Counted from the stretch's first letter, positions 19,107 to 29,536 are shown. The stretch is DNA of 64,000 nt from Candidatus Micrarchaeia archaeon (GCA_041649555.1 JBAZMS010000001.1:331122-395121); one strand, 5' to 3'. Numbers and translations: made by a program. The notes: generated from the letters alone by a model not told the origin.

Positions 19107-19482
19107 AAGCCATCAACCTTCCGCCTATTTTTAGCTTTTGTGCTTCAATATTGGTCATTATTCCGCTTGGAGTGGATACAATCATTACACCAACTCCTAT
19201 TGCCGGAATAAATCTCTGCTCAAATTTTGACCACTCGCTTTTCTTTACAGGGAAGTTTGGTTTTATTACTCCGCAGTTGTTTATCCTTCCATCAAGGGCT
19301 ATTTCCAGATATTTTTTACCCTCTTCCTCTTTTTCACTGTAATTGAGCACATATCCTTCTTTTTGGAAAATCTCCATCATTTTTTTTGTTATCTTTGTTG
19401 AGATAATCCTGCATTTCTTTTTTCCGACCATTTCATGAACTTTTATTGAATTCAGAGAATTCGATAAATTATCAACACTCAT
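19096..19482 (-). CDS. rps8: 30S ribosomal protein S8 (uS8)
   Basis: Sequence similarity. Confidence 0.9.
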   Translation of the reverse strand: MSVDNLSNSLNSIKVHEMVGKKKCRIISTKITKKMMEIFQKEGYVLNYSEKEEEGKKYLEIALDGRINNCGVIKPNFPVKKSEWSKFEQRFIPAIGVGVMIVSTPSGIMTNIEAQKLKIGGRLMAYVY

Positions 19483-19493
19483 TTATAACACCT

Positions 19494-19655
19494 TTAATAT
19501 TTTCTAAAACCTATTTTTTCTCCAACTTCCCTAAAACATCTTCTGCATATTCCAAGTCCATATTTTCTTATAAGCCCTCTGGAAGTTCCGCATATCCTGC
19601 ATTTCCGTTTTCCCTTTCCCTTATATTTTTGTTCTAATGGTATTTTCATAATCAT
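19494..19655 (-). CDS. rps14: 30S ribosomal protein S14 (uS14, zinc-binding type), 53 aa
   Basis: Manual translation: [53 protein letters not shown] with the CxxC...CxxC zinc motif. It lies in the conserved slot between L5 and S8 and is below the ORF-track length cutoff. Confidence 0.8.
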   Translation of the reverse strand: MIMKIPLEQKYKGKGKRKCRICGTSRGLIRKYGLGICRRCFREVGEKIGFRKY

Positions 19656-20209
19656 TCACCTTTTGAAATTTCAACTTTGAATTTTTCATTTATGAATTTC
19701 ATGGAGTCTTCTTTGTTTACAAGATGTTTTTTTCCTATTTTTGAAGTTTTGATTCTTCTAGTTCTAACCCGTTTTCCCCGCCTGTTTATTGTAACACAGA
19801 CATCAAATCCCATCATTCCGATTACAGGGTCATATTTTATGCCGGGAAAATCTATATATTCTTTAATTCCAAATGAAAGATTTCCTAAATTATCAAAATT
19901 ATTTTTGGATACCTTATTCTTTTTTGCAACAAAAGCCTTTTTGAGGAGTTCTTCAGCATCCTTGCCTCGCAGGGTCACCTTTGTTCCTATTTCAAGCCCT
20001 TTTCTAAGTTTGAATATTGGGTTTCTGTCCTTTGCCCTTGTTTCAATGGGAGTTTTTCCAGTTATTCTTTTTACAAGCTCTTTTGCATTATCTAAAACTT
20101 CCCCTGCAGAACCTGCCCCTATATTTATTGTGACCTTTTCTATCCGGAGTTCTTTCATTGGATTATTTTTTTTATCATTCATTGTAAGCACCTGCCGTGT
20201 TATCATCAA
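19652..20209 (-). CDS. rpl5: 50S ribosomal protein L5 (uL5)
   Basis: Sequence similarity. Confidence 0.9.
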   Translation of the reverse strand: MMITRQVLTMNDKKNNPMKELRIEKVTINIGAGSAGEVLDNAKELVKRITGKTPIETRAKDRNPIFKLRKGLEIGTKVTLRGKDAEELLKKAFVAKKNKVSKNNFDNLGNLSFGIKEYIDFPGIKYDPVIGMMGFDVCVTINRRGKRVRTRRIKTSKIGKKHLVNKEDSMKFINEKFKVEISKGE

Positions 20210-20894
20210 TTACGCAAATATGTTTTAAGACAGTTATAAACTCTTCATTCTTGTTTTTCATTCTTGCCTCATTTTGTCGTCCTGCTTCAGTTTCAACGAT
20301 TTCCTCTATTGTTGCAACTGTTCCTGCATGTTTTCCCCCTTTGATAAGACACACTGCCCCTTTTTGAAGCTTTAAAATTTTGTTTATCTTATTTTCCTTT
20401 GTGGACAATACTATTGTATCTCCTGTTTTTATGTTATTATCCCCTCTGATTAATGTCCCGTCATGAATTCCAATCATTATCTGCCCCTTTTTGCAGGTGT
20501 ATTTCTTTATTACCTTGCCCATTCGTTCATTCGTTTTTTCAGCAGATATTTCAAAAGGGACAAGCCGTGAGTGTTTTTTTACAATCATAAGATAATTCTT
20601 TCCTGATTTTTCAATTGAAATTATATCCATAAGCCCTACTGGAAATTTTTCATTAGTTCTTATTTTCCCGTTGATATTAACCATTTTTTCAGAAAGTACT
20701 TTCTTTACTTCTTTGTTTGTTTGGCATATTTTAAGGATATCCCGTAGCAATACTGCAAGTGGAATCGCATTTTTAATATTATGAGGCCCGCATTCTGCCT
20801 TGGTTATCCATTCATTTTTTTTCTTGTCTCCAATTCCTATTGAAAGTGGTGTTGTGATCCTTTTAAAATGTTTTTTTTGTCCTCTTTTTGCCAT
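20175..20894 (-). CDS. rps4e: 30S ribosomal protein S4e (eS4)
   Basis: Sequence similarity. Confidence 0.9.
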   Translation of the reverse strand: MAKRGQKKHFKRITTPLSIGIGDKKKNEWITKAECGPHNIKNAIPLAVLLRDILKICQTNKEVKKVLSEKMVNINGKIRTNEKFPVGLMDIISIEKSGKNYLMIVKKHSRLVPFEISAEKTNERMGKVIKKYTCKKGQIMIGIHDGTLIRGDNNIKTGDTIVLSTKENKINKILKLQKGAVCLIKGGKHAGTVATIEEIVETEAGRQNEARMKNKNEEFITVLKHICVIDDNTAGAYNE

Positions 20895-20896
20895 TT

Positions 20897-21235
20897 TTAG
20901 TTCACCTTTTTATCTTTTATTTTGTCTCGCTCTCCAAGAGCTGTAATCATAAGATTTGATGGCTCAAAAGGAATCAGCATCTCTCTTGCGCGCGCGGTCT
21001 TTTTTGAAATTCCCTCAAGATAAATCTTTTCTTTCACATAGCTTATCTTGGCTATTTTTGCCTCCTTTCCTTTGAATGAACCCCTCATTACTTTTATAGT
21101 ATCCTCTTTTTTTGCAAGAACATTCCTTTTTTTCATTTTTACTTTTAATTCTTTGGATAGGTTTATTCTCATAAATTTCCTTTTCTGATGCAATGGAGCA
21201 TTATATCTCTTTTTTCTTTCAATATCAGGTTTCAT
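20897..21235 (-). CDS. rpl24: 50S ribosomal protein L24 (uL24)
   Basis: KOW-domain protein in the conserved position. Confidence 0.85.
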   Translation of the reverse strand: MKPDIERKKRYNAPLHQKRKFMRINLSKELKVKMKKRNVLAKKEDTIKVMRGSFKGKEAKIAKISYVKEKIYLEGISKKTARAREMLIPFEPSNLMITALGERDKIKDKKVN

Positions 21236-21246
21236 TTTTCATCCCT

Positions 21247-21645
21247 CTACATTTTTGATGATGATATCCCAGAAACTTTTGGATATCTCTCTGCAATTTC
21301 TATTGCGACAGTTCCCTTTATTTCCGTTCCCACAGGAAGAAAATCATCATTTATAAGCACTGCAGCATTGTCTTCAAAGCATACAGTCATTCCGTTTGGT
21401 CGTTTGAATTCTTTTTTTTGCCGGATTATAATTGCCTTTACTTTCTTTTTGACCATTTCCGGTTTTCCTTTTTTTACCGAGGCAGTTACAACGCTTCCGA
21501 TTCCTGCAGAAGGGTTTTTGTTTCTTTTTGAGCCTGCCCCAGAAACACCGATAATCATTATTTCCTTTGCACCGCTGTTGTCATCACAAACCAGTCTGCT
21601 TCCAATTGTGAGTGTTTTTGTTATTCTGGAACCTATACCTTTCAT
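21247..21645 (-). CDS. rpl14: 50S ribosomal protein L14 (uL14)
   Basis: MKGIGSRITKTL... canonical uL14 start at 21645, abutting the S17 stop. The ORF-track start at 21687 is probably spurious. Confidence 0.85.
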   Translation of the reverse strand: MKGIGSRITKTLTIGSRLVCDDNSGAKEIMIIGVSGAGSKRNKNPSAGIGSVVTASVKKGKPEMVKKKVKAIIIRQKKEFKRPNGMTVCFEDNAAVLINDDFLPVGTEIKGTVAIEIAERYPKVSGISSSKM

Positions 21646-21965
21646 TGTTCCACCTCGCCTTTTTTGTTTATTTCTGTTATTACCCATGCTTTTGTCTTGC
21701 TTATTTTTCGCGATTCTTTGAATGTTACAATATCTCCAACCATAACTTTCATGCAGTCGGGATTATGCACCGGAACTTTCGACTTTCTTTTTGCCCATCT
21801 CTTATATTTTGGAAAATATTTGACGCTGTCTAATTCAACAACAGCAGTCCTCTTCATTTTCGTGCTTATAACTTTCCCTGTTTTTTTCATTCCATGCACT
21901 CCGATATTCCCATGCACTGGACAATTTTTATCTTTGCAATCATCAACCATTTTTTCACCCTGCAA
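21642..21965 (-). CDS. rps17: 30S ribosomal protein S17 (uS17)
   Basis: Sequence similarity. Confidence 0.85.
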   Translation of the reverse strand: MQGEKMVDDCKDKNCPVHGNIGVHGMKKTGKVISTKMKRTAVVELDSVKYFPKYKRWAKRKSKVPVHNPDCMKVMVGDIVTFKESRKISKTKAWVITEINKKGEVEQ

Positions 21966-22230
21966 TTTTATTTTTTGCTTTTTCTTCAGGTCTGAACATT
22001 ATTTTTTCACCGTCTATTTCTATTCTTGTTTTTCCTGCAAATATGAGGAATGTGTTGGATTTTTTTGCAACAACAATCTCTCTGTCTCCTAGTTCCATTT
22101 TGATTGTGTTTTTTGTTTCATCGATTATTTTTCCTGCCAATTTGATCATCTCTTTTGAATTTGATTTTATTATTTTGGTTTTGAATCCAATCAACGGAGA
22201 CATCATTATGATTTTTTGAATGTCCTTCAT
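21955..22230 (-). CDS. rnp1: RNase P protein component 1 (Rpp29/Pop4)
   Basis: Rpp29-like core KLAGKIIDETKNTIKMELGDREIVVAKKSNTFLIFAG and the conserved slot between SUI1 and S17. Confidence 0.7.
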   Translation of the reverse strand: MKDIQKIIMMSPLIGFKTKIIKSNSKEMIKLAGKIIDETKNTIKMELGDREIVVAKKSNTFLIFAGKTRIEIDGEKIMFRPEEKAKNKIAG

Positions 22231-22536
22231 TCAGCTTACCTCTATAATCTCAGGAGGATAGCCCATTTTTATAAGAGCTGCCTTTATTGTTCTTTTATGA
22301 TCTCCCTGAAGTATGATAACCCCTTCTTTTATAGTTCCTCCGCAGGCCCGTATTCGTTTGAGTTCTGAAAGCGCATCCTTTATCCGTTGTTTTTCTATTC
22401 CTTCCACAACAGTTACATATTTTTTATATCGCTTTGATTCTGTATAAACCCTTATTTTTTTTGTTTCCTCCTTATCAAGAATCTCGCAAACGCAAAGATC
22501 CTTTAAAAGTCCACATTTGCTGCAGATTTCAGGCAA
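22231..22536 (-). CDS. Translation initiation factor aIF1 (SUI1)
   Basis: Sequence similarity; N-terminal CxxC-containing zinc knuckle. Confidence 0.85.
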   Translation of the reverse strand: MPEICSKCGLLKDLCVCEILDKEETKKIRVYTESKRYKKYVTVVEGIEKQRIKDALSELKRIRACGGTIKEGVIILQGDHKRTIKAALIKMGYPPEIIEVS

Positions 22537-22538
22537 TT

Positions 22539-22712
22539 CTATTTCACCTCTTTTTTTGATATTAATAATTTTAATCTTGAAATTGCTTTTTTCACTGCCC
22601 TCGTTTTTGTTGATCTTTTTTCAATCAAAAGTGCGCTTTCAAGATCCTCAAGTTTTTTTTTAAGCTCTGGAAGCTCCAATTTTTTAAGATCATTCATTTT
22701 CAGGCCCTTCAT
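22539..22712 (-). CDS. rpl29: 50S ribosomal protein L29 (uL29), 57 aa
   Basis: Manual translation MKGLKMNDLKKLELPELKKKLEDLESALLIEKRSTKTRAVKKAISRLKLLISKKEVK. It fits the S3-SUI1 gap and is below the ORF-track cutoff. Confidence 0.75.
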   Translation of the reverse strand: MKGLKMNDLKKLELPELKKKLEDLESALLIEKRSTKTRAVKKAISRLKLLISKKEVK

Positions 22713-22714
22713 AA

Positions 22715-23350
22715 TCAAACATCTCCTTCAGCGCTTTGGACTACTTTTGGCAGATCAACTTTTTGGTCTGTTTGCTTGTCTGGGAATTTTGTTCCCGGAG
22801 GAACTATTCTGACAAGAACCCCGATTATTCCTGATTTTGTGTTTGCATTAAGATGCGCTGTCCTGACATAGTGTACTGGTTCTCCTGCTTTTGGAATATA
22901 TCCTGCATAAACTCTCAGGGTTTTTGCCCTGGCGCCCTTTGCTCCAATCTTTCCGGCAGCAACAATTTCTGCTCCCATTGCTCCGGCATTCATTATTTCT
23001 TTTAATAAAAAGTGCATTATGGCCCTGACCTTTTTTCCCATTTCAATATATTTTGATGCCTTTTTTGCAACAATTCTCGGTTCAAGATACGGATTAGTTA
23101 TCTCGACAACATTTATCTGGGGATTGTCCACTTTAAACTCATTTTTCAATACCTCTGTAAGCGTGTTTATTGCTCTTCCCCTTCTTCCGATAACTTTCCC
23201 CGGATTTAAGGTTTCAAGAGTTATTCTTGTTGCAAGGGGCGTTCTTTGAATATCAATATTTGCAATCCACGCATGATTGAGGCTGTTTTCCAAAAACCTC
23301 ATTATTTTGTATTTATTTATTGGCTCTTCGATAAATTTTTTCTCAATCAT
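22715..23350 (-). CDS. rps3: 30S ribosomal protein S3 (uS3)
   Basis: KH domain, uS3 similarity. Confidence 0.9.
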   Translation of the reverse strand: MIEKKFIEEPINKYKIMRFLENSLNHAWIANIDIQRTPLATRITLETLNPGKVIGRRGRAINTLTEVLKNEFKVDNPQINVVEITNPYLEPRIVAKKASKYIEMGKKVRAIMHFLLKEIMNAGAMGAEIVAAGKIGAKGARAKTLRVYAGYIPKAGEPVHYVRTAHLNANTKSGIIGVLVRIVPPGTKFPDKQTDQKVDLPKVVQSAEGDV

Positions 23351-23991
23351 TGATTATCACCGGAATTAATATTTTTCTTTTTAGGGGCTGGTTTTTTTTC
23401 AGCATTCTGTTTTTTATTTTTTGCTTCAGGCTCCTTTTTTATCTTGGTTAACTCTGCCTGTGCTTCTGCTTTTTTTTCAACAGAAGTTTCTTTTGGTTTT
23501 GAAACCTCAACCTTTAATTTCTTTTTGTCAGCTATTATCTCTTTCTCTCTTACCACAACCTCTATTCGTGCAGTTTCATAATCTGATCGTGATCTTCTTC
23601 CTTTTGGGCTCATTCTTGGAAATGTTCTTTTTTTGTTTGCACATATATGAACTATAATATAGGGTGCAATCATTCCCCTGCTTTGGGCATTTGCTATTGC
23701 ACTCTGCAAAGCTCCAAGCACCATTGATGCTGCTTTTTTTGGATATCTCCCCTTTCTTCCTCCAAGTTCTCTTCTTGCCCCAAGACGTTTGTTTCTTGAT
23801 TTGAAAAGAACAGGGAGATTTCCTTGTGAAAATTCTTCAAGAAGTATGAGTGCCTTTTCAGTAGAAAGGCCCAAAACTCTTCCGCATACTTCGCAAAGGT
23901 CCTTATAAGATGCATTTACTCCTTCTATTCTTGCAAAAGCATAGCTTTGCGGATTTTCTAAAATTGTATATGAGTATCCTTTCATTGTCAT
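23347..23991 (-). CDS. rpl22: 50S ribosomal protein L22 (uL22) with a ~70-aa C-terminal Lys/Glu/Ala-rich tail
   Basis: uL22 core through ...IEVVVREKE. Start chosen at an internal Met so it does not overlap S19 (ORF track gives 24033). Confidence 0.8.
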   Translation of the reverse strand: MTMKGYSYTILENPQSYAFARIEGVNASYKDLCEVCGRVLGLSTEKALILLEEFSQGNLPVLFKSRNKRLGARRELGGRKGRYPKKAASMVLGALQSAIANAQSRGMIAPYIIVHICANKKRTFPRMSPKGRRSRSDYETARIEVVVREKEIIADKKKLKVEVSKPKETSVEKKAEAQAELTKIKKEPEAKNKKQNAEKKPAPKKKNINSGDNQ

Positions 23992-23995
23992 CACA

Positions 23996-24391
23996 CTATT
24001 TAAGAGGCACGAATTTACTTCCCCTCGTTGCACCTACACCTGGTCCTGAATGTTTTACAGGGCCGGTACTGTGGGAAAATTCCCCGAGCCGTTTTCCAAG
24101 ATGTTTTATTGTTATCGTTACTTTTTTGTATTCTTTTCCGTTATAAACTCCGAAAGTAAGCCCAAGCCACTCTGGAAGAATTATTGCATCCCTTATCTGG
24201 GTTTTTATTAATTTATCCCTTCCGGTTTCTTTTATTTTTCTAATTCTTGCCACTAGTTTTTTTAGTTTTGGATTTCTTTTTATATTTCCAAGGGTTCTTC
24301 GTTCCCTGGATGTCACTATCTTTGAAAAGTCATCAAAACTCATTTTCTTTAATTCTTCTTCAGTATATCCTTTATAATAATCCTGTTTCAT
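23996..24391 (-). CDS. rps19: 30S ribosomal protein S19 (uS19)
   Basis: Sequence similarity. Confidence 0.9.
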   Translation of the reverse strand: MKQDYYKGYTEEELKKMSFDDFSKIVTSRERRTLGNIKRNPKLKKLVARIRKIKETGRDKLIKTQIRDAIILPEWLGLTFGVYNGKEYKKVTITIKHLGKRLGEFSHSTGPVKHSGPGVGATRGSKFVPLK

Positions 24392-25149
24392 TGATTATTC
24401 ACCTTTTGAATATCTTCTGTTTTCTTTACTTTTTTTCTTCCAGTTGATCTTGCTGCAATATGACCCACCTTTCTTCCCGGAGGATCTCCTCGTTTAACTG
24501 TTGTTGGTCTTCCTTCATGGTGCTGTTTTCCTCCATGAGGATGGTTATACGGAGACATTGCAACTCCTCTGACATATGGCCAGAGTTTGTTTTTTGCCTT
24601 GTATTTATAAAATGCTTTTCCTGCCTTTACAAGCGGTTTTTCTGTTTTTCCTCCACCTGCAATAACTCCTATCTGAGCCCTGCATTCTGAAGAAAGGGTT
24701 ATTATTTTTTTGCTCGGGAGCTTTATATAGGTAATATCTTTTTCCTTGGATATGATTGTTGCATACCCTCCAGCGCTTTTGACAAATTTCCCTCCGTCTC
24801 CTGCTATTTTTTCAATATTAAAAATTGGAAAGCCGTCTGGAATTCGGTATAATGGAAGGCTTCCTCCATTTGTTATTTTTGCCTGAACTCCTGTTTCGAT
24901 TCTATCCCCTATTGCAATTCCTTCAGGTGCAATAAGATAGCTTTTTTCATTATTGTCATATATTACTTCCATAAGTATTGATTCTCTCGAAGGGTCATCA
25001 ACGAATCTTAAAACTTCCCCACGAAGCATTCCTGTTTTTTCAACATCATCGTAGTTTCTGTATTTTAATTCCACCTTGTATCTTGAGCTTTTTGCCCGGT
25101 ATTTTGGGGAACCCGAACCTCTTCTTTGATGCCTTAATCTTTTTCCCAT
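24388..25149 (-). CDS. rpl2: 50S ribosomal protein L2 (uL2)
   Basis: Sequence similarity (GGGKTEKP..., SPYNHPHGGK). Confidence 0.9.
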   Translation of the reverse strand: MGKRLRHQRRGSGSPKYRAKSSRYKVELKYRNYDDVEKTGMLRGEVLRFVDDPSRESILMEVIYDNNEKSYLIAPEGIAIGDRIETGVQAKITNGGSLPLYRIPDGFPIFNIEKIAGDGGKFVKSAGGYATIISKEKDITYIKLPSKKIITLSSECRAQIGVIAGGGKTEKPLVKAGKAFYKYKAKNKLWPYVRGVAMSPYNHPHGGKQHHEGRPTTVKRGDPPGRKVGHIAARSTGRKKVKKTEDIQKVNNQ

Positions 25150-25161
25150 AAATGTTCACCT

Positions 25162-25407
25162 TTAAATCATTTTCATTTTTGCAGCAATATCTTCTGCCTT
25201 TACTTCTTTGGGAAATTTTACTATTGCAATTTTTGAATTTCCCTGTATGTGAGTATTGATGCTTTTTATCTTTGAGCCAAATAACCTCTCAATTTCTTTT
25301 CCAATTTCTTTTTTTGTTGCCCTAAGGTCAACTTCAAATGCGATTTTATTTTCAAATTCTATTTTTCCAATCCATTTTTCAGTTTCAATTGGCTTTATTA
25401 TAATCAT
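25162..25407 (-). CDS. rpl23: 50S ribosomal protein L23 (uL23)
   Basis: Sequence similarity. Confidence 0.85.
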   Translation of the reverse strand: MIIIKPIETEKWIGKIEFENKIAFEVDLRATKKEIGKEIERLFGSKIKSINTHIQGNSKIAIVKFPKEVKAEDIAAKMKMI

Positions 25408-26201
25408 AATTTTTCACCTATTGTTTTTATTGCATTTTCAGTATAAACAACAACTCTTCCTGCAAAGGCCCCTGGTGCAAGATGTCTTACTTTTAAGTCA
25501 GAAACCCTAACCACATCAACACCGCAAAGCCCGCGGGCTGCCTTTAAAATTTCCCCGCCGTCAACAACCACTAAAAGATACTTCGGTGTTTTTATCATTC
25601 GTTTTGTTCTTGTTTTTCCAACCCCTGTTTTTCTTTTTTGCCGTTTCTTTGCATTTTCAATTAGAGAAGAAAGATTTAATTTAGAAAAAACCGATAATAC
25701 CTCCCTGCTTTTGCCCAATTTTTCAAAATTGTTTTCAATTATTATTGGCACTTTTCTGTTCCCTATATTATATCTATTATTAATTACCTCGTTTATTGTT
25801 GAGCTTGCAAGCGCGCTTCGCATCGCCTTTTGATATTCCCTGTTATTCATTTTTTCTATAATTATTTTTTCAACTTTTGGAGGATGCGCTCTTCTTCCTT
25901 TAACTGAAGATGGAATTCTTCTGACTCTTCCCCATCCTCCTTCTGGTTTTATTTCTCGCGGAAGCATTGCCTGCCCCCTGTTTTTAAGTGAACCGTATGT
26001 TTCCTTTTCTCCCCTATACTCTGCGCTCGTTTCAAGACCTGCAAATTTATAGCTTCCTTTTGGCTGTCTCATTTTGCTTTCTTCACTTAAAACTGCCCTT
26101 CGTATAAGATCTTCCCTGTATTCCTCGTTAAACTGAATTGGAAGCTCTACATCATTAATCTCCTTTCCTTCAATAGAGTAAATTGGAACTTTCATTTTCA
26201 A
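25404..26201 (-). CDS. rpl4: 50S ribosomal protein L4 (uL4)
   Basis: Sequence similarity. Confidence 0.9.
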   Translation of the reverse strand: MKMKVPIYSIEGKEINDVELPIQFNEEYREDLIRRAVLSEESKMRQPKGSYKFAGLETSAEYRGEKETYGSLKNRGQAMLPREIKPEGGWGRVRRIPSSVKGRRAHPPKVEKIIIEKMNNREYQKAMRSALASSTINEVINNRYNIGNRKVPIIIENNFEKLGKSREVLSVFSKLNLSSLIENAKKRQKRKTGVGKTRTKRMIKTPKYLLVVVDGGEILKAARGLCGVDVVRVSDLKVRHLAPGAFAGRVVVYTENAIKTIGEKL

Positions 26202-26206
26202 AAACC

Positions 26207-27139
26207 TCAGTTAAGTATCTCCTTTAGTGCCGGCTCTTTTGCCGGTTCATCTTTTCTTATTGCCATTCTCATCCTTATAAGTCTTTTCACAGGCCCTGGG
26301 ATCGAACCTTTAATAAGGATATATTCATTTTTCACAAAGCCATAGTTTGGAAATCCGCTTTTTGGATTTATTTCCTCTGCATTTTCACCTATTTTGAATA
26401 TTCTCTTGTTTAATTCGGTTCTTCTGTGATATCCCATCTGTCCTGCCTGTCTTGAAGTATACATTACATATCCCGGATGGAATGGTCCAAGGCATCCAAC
26501 ATGCCTTCGTTTTCCTGTTGCCTTTCTTCTCTGAAGAGAGGTTCCAAATCTTTTTACTGGCCCCTGCCATCCTTTTCCTTTTGTGATTGCAACCACATCA
26601 ATGTATTCTCCAGGTTTAAAAACATCACTTATCTTAAGCTCTTTTCCAAGAATGCCTTTTGCATATTCTATTTTTTCTTTTGCATCCGCGCCCCCTATGG
26701 AAATTTCCATTCTTTCAGGGTGTTTTTTTCCAATCGAGGTTTTTTGAGGGTTTGCAAAAACAAGAGCGCATATTTTTTCACATTCTTCAAAATTAGTTTC
26801 TTTTTTTGTTTTTTTTATTATGTTAAGTTTTTTGAGCATTTTTTCATCTTCAATTAGGATATCTCCGATGATTCTTTTATTTTTATATCCCCTCATTCCA
26901 TATACATACATAGGCGGAACTTCTATTACTGTTCCTGCACTGACAACCTCTTTTCCTTTTGTAGGGGAGTTTGTATCATCTACATATGTCATTTGAATCA
27001 TTCCTGCCTTATATCCTGCAAAACCCAAGAGTTTTTTTTCACCTTTTTCCTGCCAGTACATACTGGGCACTTGGCTTTTTGCTCTTTTTTTTGGCCTGAA
27101 GGCCATAGAACCTTTTCTAGGCTTTCTGATGTCTGTCAT
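26207..27139 (-). CDS. rpl3: 50S ribosomal protein L3 (uL3)
   Basis: Sequence similarity; first gene of the operon. Confidence 0.9.
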   Translation of the reverse strand: MTDIRKPRKGSMAFRPKKRAKSQVPSMYWQEKGEKKLLGFAGYKAGMIQMTYVDDTNSPTKGKEVVSAGTVIEVPPMYVYGMRGYKNKRIIGDILIEDEKMLKKLNIIKKTKKETNFEECEKICALVFANPQKTSIGKKHPERMEISIGGADAKEKIEYAKGILGKELKISDVFKPGEYIDVVAITKGKGWQGPVKRFGTSLQRRKATGKRRHVGCLGPFHPGYVMYTSRQAGQMGYHRRTELNKRIFKIGENAEEINPKSGFPNYGFVKNEYILIKGSIPGPVKRLIRMRMAIRKDEPAKEPALKEILN

Positions 27140-27240
27140 GTAAATTCACCTGCGTAGCCCTCAAATTCATTCGAGGGGCGCCACTTAAATAAAAGTGAGT
27201 GGCAATAAATTAGGATAGAAGTATTTAAATATCTTTATAC
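27140..27240 (-). promoter_or_regulatory. Promoter/leader of the L3 super-operon: TATA-like tataaagatatttaaata (~27218-27235) plus two leader hairpins (GCCCTC...GAGGGC ~27157-27179 and GCCACT...AGTGGC ~27179-27203)
   Basis: AT-rich TATA-like element about 80-95 nt upstream of the L3 ATG. Two inverted repeats are seen directly in the sequence. Confidence 0.4.
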
Positions 27241-27310
27241 TTAATGGCGTTGCACATGGATTATAAAATAAATATTTTTTATCGCGGTGCGGCCACCATA
27301 TTAATTCTGT

Positions 27311-28618
27311 TTAATCCTTAACCGCATCTTCCACTATTCTTTTCGCATTTCCAATATAGCCTTTATAATCAAATAAATCCTCCAGCTCTTTTTCTGAGAA
27401 CTTATTCAATTTCTCAATCTCTTTTCTCAAGTGCCTGTTTTCTGCAAATGCCCTTTGGGATGCTTCCCGTATCAATTCATGGGCATTTTGCCTGCCAATC
27501 CCTTTCTTGATTAATGCTATCATAATCCTTTCTGCCATAATCAATCCATTTGTCATTTCTAGATTTCTTTTCATATTTTCAGGATAAAATTCTAATGTTT
27601 CCAGTATTTTATGCATCTGTTCTAGCATATAGTCTGTTCCAATAAACATCTGTGAAAATATTATTCTCTCGTTTGCAGAATTAGTCAAATCCCGTTCATG
27701 TTCCAATGCAATGTTTTCATATGCAACTGATAAATTCGCCCTTACAATTCTTGCAAGAGAGCATACTCTTTCGCTTTTATGTGGATTTCTTTTATGTGGC
27801 ATTGTTGAAGAGCCAACCTGTTTTTTTCCAAATGACTCTCCAATTTCAAGTATTTCAGTTCTTTGAAGATTTCTTATCTCCTTTGCAATTTTTTCAAGCA
27901 TCGAGGCAACCAAAGAAACAACTGATAAAACTTCTGCATGCCTGTCTCGCTGAATAACCTGCGTTGTAATCTTTGCCAAAGCAAGCCCCAACTCATCCAT
28001 GACTATTTTTTCCAGCTTTTCCTTGTCTTCTCCAAATGTTGCCCCGGTTCCAACTGCCCCTGACATTTTTCCAACTAATATTCTTTTTTTGCACTCTGCC
28101 AATCTTTCCAGATTTCTTTTCGCTTCCTGATAATAAAGGGCAAATTTCATCCCGTATGTAGTAGGGGTTGCATGCTGGCCGTGTGTTCTGCCAATGCATA
28201 CTGTTTTTTTATGTTCGAGTGCAAGTTTTTTTAGAAGCTTTGAAAATTGAATCAAATTGTTTTCCAAAAGCCCAACTGCATCCTTGAAAATTAATGCAGT
28301 TGCAGTATCTTCGATATCATATGATGTTGCGCCAAGATGTATTTTTCCACCAGAATTTCCAGCCTGTTCTGCCATTGCCTTTACCATCGCCATCAAATCA
28401 TGGTGAATTTCATTTTCTATTTTCACTATTCGTTCAGGCTTTACTTTTTCCTTTGCATTTTTTATTTCCTCATATTCTTTTTTTGAAATATTTCCAATTA
28501 GAAAATGCGCTTTTGCAAGTGCAATTTCAACATCCATCCATTTGGAATATTTATTTTTATCATCGAAAATATCATTCATTTTTGTCGTATATCTTTGTTC
28601 AAAAGGAGAAATACTCAT
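27311..28618 (-). CDS. purB: Adenylosuccinate lyase
   Basis: Fumarate lyase signature GSSTMPHKRNP and overall PurB similarity. Confidence 0.85.
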   Translation of the reverse strand: MSISPFEQRYTTKMNDIFDDKNKYSKWMDVEIALAKAHFLIGNISKKEYEEIKNAKEKVKPERIVKIENEIHHDLMAMVKAMAEQAGNSGGKIHLGATSYDIEDTATALIFKDAVGLLENNLIQFSKLLKKLALEHKKTVCIGRTHGQHATPTTYGMKFALYYQEAKRNLERLAECKKRILVGKMSGAVGTGATFGEDKEKLEKIVMDELGLALAKITTQVIQRDRHAEVLSVVSLVASMLEKIAKEIRNLQRTEILEIGESFGKKQVGSSTMPHKRNPHKSERVCSLARIVRANLSVAYENIALEHERDLTNSANERIIFSQMFIGTDYMLEQMHKILETLEFYPENMKRNLEMTNGLIMAERIMIALIKKGIGRQNAHELIREASQRAFAENRHLRKEIEKLNKFSEKELEDLFDYKGYIGNAKRIVEDAVKD

Positions 28619-28784
28619 TCTATCACATAATTATATGAAAAGAAAGCAATAAAAATACCCTATCTAATAAATCCTTTAATTTGAAGGGGGCGGCGTATCA
28701 GAATAATACAGCTGTTGAATTAAAAAAATTGGAAACCGGATAGGTGGTTTTTTAACTTTTCCCAAGCTATGTTATATGGTTTAA

Positions 28785-29525
28785 ATGATTTCTAAAGTAA
28801 TAAAAAAAGGGGAAAAATCATATATTGAGCTTCCCGAAGAGCTTAAAACCCAAAACGAAATAGAATTTTTTCATCTAAAGAACGGATTTTATCTTATAAG
28901 CTCTCCTGCTGAATTTTCGCAAAAACATAAAGAAAAAGGAGAGAGAAAAATTTCCCTTGATGATGAGCTTTTGGTGGTATCAAAACTGATGTCTTTGAAA
29001 TTCTCTGAAAGAACTCCGGCAAGCATCTCAAAAATTTTAAATTCAGAAGAAAAAGAAATATTTTTATCATTGCAGAAGAAAAAGCACATCTGGCTTTTCA
29101 AAGGAGAAAAATACAAAAAAGAAGGAGTCTATAATATAAGTAACAAGCTTTTTTCGTTATGGAAGGAAAAAAAATCCAAAACACCACTGACTCCATCTTT
29201 GGTTGGTGTTCTCTATTCGCAAGGATATCTTATAATTGAGGATGGGAATGATGCAAAAATTTTTTCAGACCATATAAAAGACCAGATGTCTTCTGGAAAT
29301 ATACTTGGGATAAGGGCATTTGACGGCAGGTATTATATCACAACAAGAAATTTCTATAACAAAATCCGTGAAAAAATTACAAAAGAGGTGAAGGAATCGA
29401 TGTCTGCTGTTAAAATTTCAGAGCTTTGCGAAGTGGAAAAAGATGCCTGCCTTGTAGTCTTATATCTCATGCTTGAATCCGGGGAAGCAATAGAGACAAG
29501 AAAAGGATTTTTCTCATTAATTTAA
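28785..29525 (+). CDS. Hypothetical protein with AbrB/SpoVT-like N-terminus (MISKVIKKGEKSYIELPEEL)
   Basis: Swapped-hairpin-like N-terminus. It ends 11 nt before the HD hydrolase gene start, suggesting an operon. Confidence 0.4.
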   Translation: MISKVIKKGEKSYIELPEELKTQNEIEFFHLKNGFYLISSPAEFSQKHKEKGERKISLDDELLVVSKLMSLKFSERTPASISKILNSEEKEIFLSLQKKKHIWLFKGEKYKKEGVYNISNKLFSLWKEKKSKTPLTPSLVGVLYSQGYLIIEDGNDAKIFSDHIKDQMSSGNILGIRAFDGRYYITTRNFYNKIREKITKEVKESMSAVKISELCEVEKDACLVVLYLMLESGEAIETRKGFFSLI

Positions 29526-29536
29526 GGAATGATCTT